From contig CBDCQT010000010.1 of assembly GCA_965220745.1 (NCBI GenBank), positions 448,001 to 512,000 on the forward strand: a stretch of 64,000 bases of DNA, in the 5' to 3' direction. Below are positions 30,460 through 37,291 of this stretch, one piece after another. Both the position numbers and the translations under genes were made by a program. The DNA comes from Alphaproteobacteria bacterium. Lineage in GTDB: Bacteria; Pseudomonadota; Alphaproteobacteria; UBA828. The number at the start of each line of letters is the position of its first letter. The first letter of the stretch is position 1. A model generated the notes under the pieces. That model worked only from the letters and a program-made list of their open reading frames with translations. It did not search any database and was not told the DNA's origin.

Positions 30460-30710
30460 GCCTGTGATGGTGGGCAATGGAGACTAGGAGGGTGCACGGA
30501 CACTTCCGCCAATCGCTGTTGTCCCGATCCCGGCTATACGAAGCGTCCCGGCGACACGAACCGCCTTGGGAGACTTGACCGTCGAGGGGCTTTGCCAAAG
30601 CAACTCCCAAGGGGGGCGGGGACCAAATACCGCGTAGAGGGTCACGAGCCACGTTAGCGTCTCTCGCCTTCCCACTTTCCCGGTCCCTCCGCCCCGGCGG
30701 TTATGCGGCA

Positions 30711-30962
30711 TCACACCTCCTCCCGCGCCGGCCAAAGCCGCTTGTGGTGTAGCTGTGCAACCTCGCCCCGGAGTTCTGCCACATCCGTCTTGAGACCCGC
30801 CACGTCAGTCTTGACCTCGGCCACATCCGTCTTGAGCGCGTCGATGTCGGCCCTCAGCGGCGCAACGGCTTCGCGGGCAGCTTCGCCCGCTGCATCGCGC
30901 ACCATGTCGCGCAACGCCTCGGCGAACCGCTCCGCGCTCCCGTTCAGGTGCTCTCCGGCCAT
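30711..30962 (-). CDS. IS passenger, short coiled-coil protein with KTDVA heptad repeats
   Basis: LKTDVAEVKTDVAGLKTDVAEL, encoded by three degenerate 21-bp units at 30778-30840. Confidence 0.7.
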   Translation of the reverse strand: MAGEHLNGSAERFAEALRDMVRDAAGEAAREAVAPLRADIDALKTDVAEVKTDVAGLKTDVAELRGEVAQLHHKRLWPAREEV

Positions 30963-31013
30963 TGCCTCGCCCTCTCCTTAGAAACAGTCCGCAATGGAGC
31001 TTAGCAGTCTAAT

Positions 31014-31204
31014 AGGGTTGACGACCCCGCCGCAACCCTTCACGCTGCCTCCTGCAACTTCATCTGGGTCCCGCTCCGTCGGGTCGCCCGCTGAATATGA
31101 CAGCCTGATACCGGGCGTGGGGTAGCTCCCTACGCCAAGGCGAATAGGCGGGGCTCTCCATACCTGGATGAAGTTGCAACGGCCCGGCACCAGCTGGGCC
31201 GTTG
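31014..31204 (+). ncRNA. Candidate structured RNA or 5' leader inside the IS
   Basis: 17-bp stem 31053-31069/31162-31178 with two G-U pairs enclosing smaller hairpins; flanking hairpins at 31014-31039 and 31177-31204. Hand-folded only. Confidence 0.45.
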
Positions 31205-31230
31205 ACCACGACCAGCCAGGAGGGAGCGAC

Positions 31231-31494
31231 ATGACTTCCGCAAGCCTAGCCGGTGCCAAGGTTTGGCACCGAGACGACCGCAGCCCACATTGGACCGAGA
31301 TCGAGGAGCCAGACGTTGAAGTGCGGGACCTTGAGACGCCCGGCAGGATGGCCTTCACCTTCACGCTGAAAGACTCTGACAACAAGGATACCGTCTTCCA
31401 GCTTTCGATGGGGCAGACCGACTTCCCCGAGGTATTTGACAAGATGCTTCGGGCCGCAGAGGAGAACGGTCGAGCCGGAGAGACGAGCCAGTGA
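31231..31494 (+). CDS. IS passenger, small acidic hypothetical protein
   Basis: AGGAGG RBS before ATG 31231; GTGA-coupled to the next ORF. Confidence 0.65.
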   Translation: MTSASLAGAKVWHRDDRSPHWTEIEEPDVEVRDLETPGRMAFTFTLKDSDNKDTVFQLSMGQTDFPEVFDKMLRAAEENGRAGETSQ

Positions 31495-32192
31495 GGACGG
31501 CTCGGTGCTTCTGGGTTTTGGTGGGCCTGGCGGTCATGCTCGCGGCATCGTCGGCCGGGGCTCAGCACGCACCGCCCATCTTTACGCCGGGCGATCCAGC
31601 GGGGTGCAAGACGTACCGGGAGCAACCCGTCCACCAATGCTCTGAGCCCTGGGTGAAGCTCATCCCTCCCCTGGGGAATCCCAACGACGATCTGGACGAC
31701 AGTCCCTACCTTCGCATTCTCGATGGGGGTGAGGAGGTCGCCGAGGTATGGCTGTGCAATGAGCCCTCAAACTGGAGCTCGGCCTTCAAGTGCTTCTCCA
31801 CCAACAAGCGCTGCGGCTGTCTGTCGCGTGGCATGGCAGAGGGCCACGGGGACGCCAACCTGCCGTTCCTCTGGAACTGGCGTGAGCCCGCCGACTACAC
31901 CGACGAGGTCATGGAACACGTGTTCCGGCCGTGCATGCGGTACGCGGTCGACCTGCTCGATGCTCGCGACGGTCACGGCCTGAGCGATGCGTCGAAGGAC
32001 CGCTTCGTGGAGGAGCGCATGATCCCCATGAACCAGCCGGTCCTGGACGCTTACATGGCCGAGCTCAACGGCATCCTCAACGACCCCATCGCCTACCATC
32101 AGATGGGCTACAGCATCCTGGAGCGGCGCAAAGTGCTCTACGAGGAGTTCTTCGGGAAATGCCTCATCGGGGCTGTGGAGGGCGCACAATGA
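31491..32192 (+). CDS. IS passenger, predicted secreted Cys-rich protein (233 aa)
   Basis: Signal peptide ending AGA/Q; several Cys; stop/start overlaps with both neighbours. Confidence 0.7.
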   Translation: MRTARCFWVLVGLAVMLAASSAGAQHAPPIFTPGDPAGCKTYREQPVHQCSEPWVKLIPPLGNPNDDLDDSPYLRILDGGEEVAEVWLCNEPSNWSSAFKCFSTNKRCGCLSRGMAEGHGDANLPFLWNWREPADYTDEVMEHVFRPCMRYAVDLLDARDGHGLSDASKDRFVEERMIPMNQPVLDAYMAELNGILNDPIAYHQMGYSILERRKVLYEEFFGKCLIGAVEGAQ

Positions 32193-32653
32193 AGTCCCCG
32201 ACGCGCCTGATCGCCACGGCCATCCTTTCCATGCTGATTGCAGCCCCCGCAACCGCACATATTCCGAAGCACTGCCAGTCCGACGCCCTCACGCTTGTGA
32301 TAGAACTTGAGGTCGAACGCCGTGCCCGTGTGGCTCTGAACAAGACGGCATCGGACAAAGAGGACTTGGTCAGAAAGCTCTCGGCACACTGGAAGGCAAG
32401 CGACGACGTGGCAGTGACAGCCGAGCGCTTCTTACTATGTGCCGAGGATCGATCCGAGGACCAATGTACTACGGGAGGAGAAATGACCGAGCCAAGTGAT
32501 AAGCGTCCCGAGTCAGTCCCGGATGACTACGGACCGATCTACATCACGGCGAACGATGGCACGCGCATTCTCGTGTGGGGACGTGTCGTGGAAACAGTGC
32601 TCCCTGACGGCACGAAGAAACTTGTGATCGAGGGGATTGTCCCTGAGGAGTAG
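32189..32653 (+). CDS. IS passenger, predicted secreted protein (ATA/HIPKHC), possibly two fused ORFs
   Basis: ATGA overlap; signal peptide; in-frame internal GGAGGAG plus ATG at 32483. Confidence 0.62.
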   Translation: MKSPTRLIATAILSMLIAAPATAHIPKHCQSDALTLVIELEVERRARVALNKTASDKEDLVRKLSAHWKASDDVAVTAERFLLCAEDRSEDQCTTGGEMTEPSDKRPESVPDDYGPIYITANDGTRILVWGRVVETVLPDGTKKLVIEGIVPEE

Positions 32654-32854
32654 CTCCGACTCGTCTGCGTTGAGGGCAGGCCCTTCGCCGGGAGGCCAGT
32701 CGAAGGTTACTCCTCTCTCACCGTTCTCAAAGGTAAGGATGATGCCACCGATCTCTCTGGACATGGCTCTGGGCTCCGGCTAGGTTCTTCCAACCGGAGC
32801 TTCACTCGCCTATTCGCCGCCCGCCTGGGCCGTCAAACCTGCGGGGCGCTTACT

Positions 32855-33835
32855 TTAGGCTCTCGCGCCGGACGGAAGCCCATTGTCCGCGATCAAGTCC
32901 GCGTAGGTTAGCCGCTTCCCGGCCATCCGTCTAACGGTCTCTGCCATAATGTCGATAGTGTTCAGAGGGCGCAGGTTGTGGCGCGTAACGAACTCGGCGA
33001 GGTATCGGTGGAGGTGCTTGGGGCTGAACTTGTGGTAGGTCCCTTTGTGGGATCGCTTGATCGTTGCCCAGAAGCTCTCAATGCCCTGCGTTCCGACGCC
33101 GTCCCGGTAGTACTCACCGGCGCTGTGTCGGACGGTGTCGTGCTCGAAGGGCATGCCTTTGTAGGCTCTCCACTCGTCGGTGTAGACCTGAGCGCCGGGC
33201 AAGACATGCTCGCTGAGAAAGCCGTGCAGGGTATCGCGATCGGCCGACTCGATGACCTTGGCGCTGACCTTGTTGGAGGCACGGTCTTTGATACCGAGGA
33301 CGGCGGTCTTGCCGTCGCTGCCGCTGGCCTTGAGAGCCTTGCGCCTGGAGTAATGCATGCTCCTCATCTTGCCCCCGATGTAGACCTCATCGGCCTCTAC
33401 TGGTCCGGCCATGTTGCCGGGCATATCGCCCCACGCTTCCCGTAGACGCTGAGCCATGAAGTAGGCGGACTTCTGGGTGATACCCAGGTCTCGGTGGAGC
33501 TTCATGGACGAGACGCCCTTGAGGGACGTAGACCAGAGGTAGATGGCGACGGCCCACTTCTGGGCTCCGATCTTGGAGCGGTGCATGACGGAGCCTGTTT
33601 TCACACTGAAGTGCCGCCGGCAGTCGCCGCACCAGTAGGGGAGGGGATTGCGGGAGGCCACAGGGCGGAGCTTTTCGGAACAGCCGCACAGGGGGCAGTG
33701 GGAGGGCTTTCCGGCCTCTCCCCAGCGCTGCGCCTCGAACCAGCGCTCTGCGGTGGGGTCGTCGGGAAACAGATCAAACAACTCGACAAGCGAGATGCCC
33801 TCGCGGAATGCCTTGCCGGGTGCTTTTGCGGTCAT
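32855..33835 (-). CDS. IS1595-family DDE transposase
   Basis: Zn ribbon CPLC...CGDC, KGVSSMKLHRDLGITQKSA HTH, VEADEVYIGG, VYTDE, QGIESFWATIKR, KHLHRYLAEF; ORF intact. Confidence 0.96.
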   Translation of the reverse strand: MTAKAPGKAFREGISLVELFDLFPDDPTAERWFEAQRWGEAGKPSHCPLCGCSEKLRPVASRNPLPYWCGDCRRHFSVKTGSVMHRSKIGAQKWAVAIYLWSTSLKGVSSMKLHRDLGITQKSAYFMAQRLREAWGDMPGNMAGPVEADEVYIGGKMRSMHYSRRKALKASGSDGKTAVLGIKDRASNKVSAKVIESADRDTLHGFLSEHVLPGAQVYTDEWRAYKGMPFEHDTVRHSAGEYYRDGVGTQGIESFWATIKRSHKGTYHKFSPKHLHRYLAEFVTRHNLRPLNTIDIMAETVRRMAGKRLTYADLIADNGLPSGARA

Positions 33836-33905
33836 AGCTGTTTACTCCCTGGGCTGTCTGCAATACCGTTGACGGACGGACGACCAGCCGTAGAGACGAG
33901 ACCCC

Positions 33906-34109
33906 ATGGCCCTAATGCTGTCGAAGACCTACGATGCCCTGCGGGCCGCCGGGGCGCCCGCAGACCTTGCGCGAGAAGCCGCCGAGGAGATCGCCAGTTT
34001 GGACGAGAGGCTGAGCCGCCTCGACCGGCGATTGGCTATCCTGGACATCAAGGTAACGCTCATCGGCGCGGCCACCCTTGCACTCGTCGTCAAGGCGTTT
34101 GCCCTATAG
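33906..34109 (+). CDS. IS passenger, short coiled-coil protein with C-terminal TM (DUF1640/CCDC90-like)
   Basis: TYDALRAAGAPADLAREAAEEI head, heptad stalk, hydrophobic tail; divergent from the transposase. Confidence 0.65.
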   Translation: MALMLSKTYDALRAAGAPADLAREAAEEIASLDERLSRLDRRLAILDIKVTLIGAATLALVVKAFAL

Positions 34110-34141
34110 CCCGACAACTCCCATCTTCTCCTCGTCTGGAA

Positions 34142-34465
34142 TCAGCCGATACACTCGAACAACAAGACCAGAGCACCATTGGCCTCCAGCTCGGCTACGT
34201 CCCGGTCTCGAACCATCCGCACGATGTCGGCCGCTTCCTCTGGAGTGAGGCGATGCACACGATCCCTCCTGGCTTCGAGCCAGTCACCATAGGCATCCAA
34301 AGCCTGATCGACCTGGGATTGAGCGGCGGCGAAGCGATCAATGGCAGGATCGCATCGGGCAGGGATGTGGGCACTTGCCGTTGTGCTGAACGACAGTGCT
34401 GCCGTCAGAGCGAGAACCCCGCTCAACATTGATGTGACCGCTCTACCCGGTGCCCCACGCATCAC
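34142..34465 (-). CDS. IS passenger, predicted secreted helical protein (ASA/HIPARC)
   Basis: AGGAGG at 34471-34476, GTG/ATG at 34465/34462, signal peptide, terminal LFECIG. Confidence 0.7.
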   Translation of the reverse strand: MMRGAPGRAVTSMLSGVLALTAALSFSTTASAHIPARCDPAIDRFAAAQSQVDQALDAYGDWLEARRDRVHRLTPEEAADIVRMVRDRDVAELEANGALVLLFECIG

Positions 34466-34486
34466 CCGATCCTCCTAGTCATCTTC

Positions 34487-34515
34487 ATTCTAGGCTCCGC
34501 TGCCCGCTTAGTCAA
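34487..34515 (-). promoter_or_regulatory. Inward sigma70-like promoter with -35 inside the right TIR
   Basis: Minus strand TTGACT-N17-TAGAAT, followed by AGGAGG and the start at 34465. Confidence 0.7.
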
Positions 34516-34536
34516 GGATATAATGTCCAATATTTC

Positions 34537-36813
34537 GCATGTCTCATCAGACAGGACGAGAGCCCGTGGCGTTCCGGTTCCACCTATCTCGTGACCCTGA
34601 CGCACGACGGCAGGGTGTTCGTCCACGCGAAGGACATGTCCTTGTCGGGCAGGAAACTCAAGCCCTCGATCTACAGAGGGATCCTTCGAGCGTTGGGAAT
34701 CAACCCTGCCGACCTGGCGAACCCCGCTGCGTTCCGGGCTGCGTTCGCTGCAGCCGAAGCCGGGAACGGCGGCTCGTTCGATATTCCAAGTGTCCCCGGT
34801 GCTTCGGGCTACGCGAGCGCCTATACCTCGCTTAGTTTCAGGACTCCCGCCGTTCTGCTCGCAGGATTCGATCTCAACGAGTCTCACTTGGCTGCGGAAC
34901 AAATCGATTACGGCGACCCGGCAGTTACTGCCGCGGACGTGGTGGACCGCGCGACCCTGAAGGCCTTCGTCACGGAAGCGGGAAACTACTTCATGGAGCT
35001 TGTGTTAACCGGCGACCCAGCCGCTGTCTCGAAGGCCAGGATCGCCATGCGCGATCCCAACGGGCCGTGGCGGCACGGTTCGGTGTACCTCTATGTCTGG
35101 AATTTGACCAGCGAGGTAATCCTGTTTCACGCCGGGTTCCCGGACACGTACGAGTTACAGCCTCTGTATCCGCCGCGCGCCCATGACGCCGTGACCGGAG
35201 AGCCAATTCTGCCGCAGCTGGTCGAGGCGGCGAAAAGCGGCCCGGAAGGCGGCTTCGTGGAGTACCATTTCGACGATCCGACAGACGACACCGATAGCGT
35301 CGACATCCCCAAGGTGGGCTATGTCCGCACGTTCTCCGATCAAATCCAGAGGGCGGACGGAAGCATTAGGCCGGTCTCTTTCGTCGTCGGCTCGGGATTC
35401 TACGGAAGTGCGCCGGAAGTGGTCGCCGAGGGCGGCAACGCGGTCATCGAGGCCGTGCTGCCGCAGGTGATGCGGGCCATGACCGCGAGCACGGTCGATG
35501 CCGTATCGGGCCGTATCGAGCGGGCAACCTCAGACACTGCGCCGGACGCAGCGTTCAGCTTCGGCGGTGCCTCCTCCCTCTCCGATGCCCTGCTGGCCAA
35601 CGGACATGCGCTGGGCAACGGCACGTTGGATTTCAGCCGGCTGCTGGCGGGCTCGTCCTTCACCATGACCCTCAATGCGGCGGGTAACGGGGGCAGTGGC
35701 CTCTTCGGAGACTTGACGTTCTGGGGCAGCGGGGACTACCGCAACATCGCCGGCGGCAACCCGCAGTCCGTCGACTACGACGGCAGCGTGGTAAGCGCCA
35801 ACCTGGGGATCGATACAAAGCTGGGTGACGACATGCTCGCAGGTGTCGCGCTGTCACAGGCGCGAGGGACGGTGGATTACACGGCCTCCAACGCGTCAGG
35901 CGAGCTCACGACCTCTCTGACCAGCGTCAACCCCTACGTGGGCTGGCAGATGGCGGGTGGCATGAACCTGTGGGCCATGGCCGGCCTTGGCTCGGGCGAG
36001 GTTGAGATCGACGATGACTCGGCGGGAGCACAGTCCAGCGACCTGACGCAGCGGATGGTGGCGGCAGGCGTGAGCGGGCCGCTGATGTCCAGCGACGAGA
36101 TGATCGCGGGCGGCACGACGACGCTGAACCTCAAGGGCGAGGTGGCCTTCACGTCGGCTGATGTCGATGGCTCCGGGAGCATTGAGAGCACGTCCTTGAG
36201 TGCCAGCCGGCAGCGTCTGCTGCTGGAAGGGGCGCACGTCCAGAAGCTCGCCTCGGGGTCGACATTCACGCCCTCGCTTGAGCTTGGCGTGCGCAACGAC
36301 GGCGGGGACGGCGAGACCGGCACCAGCATCGAGGCCGGGGGCGCTTTGCGCTATGCCGACGAGGCGTCGGGGCTGACCGTCGAGGGCCGTGTCCGGACCC
36401 TGCTCAGCCACAGCGGCGACTACGAGGAGACGGGCGTGAGCGGTCTGGTGCGTCTCGCACCGGGCGGGTCGGGCCAGGGTCTCGCGCTCGTGGTGCAGCC
36501 GGCGTGGGGCCAGACGGGCAGCGGTGTAAACCAGCTGTGGGAGAATGGCGTCACTGCTGGAGTGTCACCGGACAAGCAGGCGCGCCTGAACACGGAGGTC
36601 GGCTACGGTCTCGGCGTGGCGCCCGGCATGGGCGTGGTGACGCCCTATGCGGGGCTCGGGCTTGCGGGCGAAGGTGCGCAGTGGTGGCGCATGGGTGCGC
36701 GCTGGCAGCTTGCGTCAGCGGCGAGTGTGAGCGTCGAGGGCAGTCTGTACGAGGCCGCCAACGACAACAGGCCCGCGCACGGCCTGACGCTACGCGGCGC
36801 CTTGCGCTGGTAA
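34537..36813 (+). pseudogene. Cache-autotransporter copy 2, 3' fragment (open frame, no signal peptide)
   Basis: Resumes ACLIRQDESPWRSG in frame with the 5' fragment; joined gene is 848 aa; ends LRGALRW. Confidence 0.92.
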
Positions 36814-36821
36814 CGCATCAG

Positions 36822-36859
36822 GGTCGTAACCCGCGTCACACCGGGCGCGGGTTGCGGCC
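36822..36859 (+). terminator. Stem-loop between autotransporter 2 and the convergent gene
   Basis: 16-bp stem (3 G-U) GGTCGTAACCCGCGTC / GGCGCGGGTTGCGGCC with a 6-nt loop. Confidence 0.5.
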
Positions 36860-36876
36860 GTCGCGGTATACCCGGT

Positions 36877-37269
36877 CTAGAACTTGCGGTACGCCCCGTT
36901 GAGGTCGGACATCGGGTGGCGGGGCGACATCTGAAACTTCACCAATAGCTCGCGGGCGAGCATGTCGCGATCCTGCTGGTTGTCGGGCAGCTCCAGATCC
37001 TCGGGCACCGTGACCCAGCCGTTGATATTGCGGTCGAACACCGCCGGCCGGCCTTCCTCGTAGCCCATGTGGACGTCTTCCAGCCAGTTCAGGTCGGTCC
37101 AGCCCATGGTCTCGATGTAGCGCTTGAGGAAGGGCGTGAGTCGCTCGTAGTCGGGCACCAGGTTCACATCGTAGCGATAGCCGATGTGTTGGCCGATCTC
37201 CTTCTCGCGCTCGCTGTCGAGGCCGCTCTGGCTCAGGAAGTAGTCGACGTCGCCGGTCTTGTCGCTCAT
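36877..37269 (-). CDS. Hypothetical protein, last gene of the N-methylglutamate-type operon
   Basis: GGAG RBS, host-like codon usage, 22 nt downstream of the FMN synthase gene. Confidence 0.8.
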   Translation of the reverse strand: MSDKTGDVDYFLSQSGLDSEREKEIGQHIGYRYDVNLVPDYERLTPFLKRYIETMGWTDLNWLEDVHMGYEEGRPAVFDRNINGWVTVPEDLELPDNQQDRDMLARELLVKFQMSPRHPMSDLNGAYRKF

Positions 37270-37291
37270 GGCGCTTCTCCGGTCTGGGCTT

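Larger units (their letters stand above)
30000..34528 (-). mobile_element. IS1595-family element with passenger genes (4529 bp)
   Basis: 8-bp TSD AATATTTC at 29992-29999 and 34529-34536; TIRs GGGTTTTATATACTTGCCTAA (30000-30020) and reverse-complement GGACATTATATCCTTGACTAA (34508-34528), 16/21 identical; removal restores the host reading frame. Confidence 0.95.
26584..36876. mobile_element. Putative accessory islet (two Cache-autotransporter units plus nested IS) between diverged direct repeats
   Basis: Bounded by the 78-nt repeats; intergenic DNA AT-richer than host; no integrase gene seen. Confidence 0.6.

Noticed and set aside
30778-30840. Short direct repeats as a CRISPR array
   Set aside because: Contiguous 21-bp coding heptads with no spacers and no cas genes. 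No CRISPR array, tRNA or rRNA was recognised in the window.
31053-31178. Retron msr-msd or hammerhead interpretation of the structured segment
   Set aside because: No reverse transcriptase in the window and no long msd-like hairpin; CTGATAC does not fit CUGANGA and a correctly placed GAAA is missing.
32513-32764. 83-aa minus-strand ORF downstream of the transposase
   Set aside because: No clear RBS, and it overlaps a better-supported + strand ORF; could be real but is unsupported.
31139-32818. 12-bp inverted match GGCGAATAGGCG (31139-31150 versus 32807-32818)
   Set aside because: Does not extend; about one such 12-mer is expected by chance in 4.5 kb.
34450-34536. Track start giving a 787-aa second autotransporter
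   Set aside because: The first codons are IS end and TSD sequence; the true N-terminus is at 29730-29999.
26832-36813. Diversity-generating retroelement explanation for paralogue variation
   Set aside because: No reverse transcriptase and no short template/variable repeat pair with adenine-specific differences was seen.
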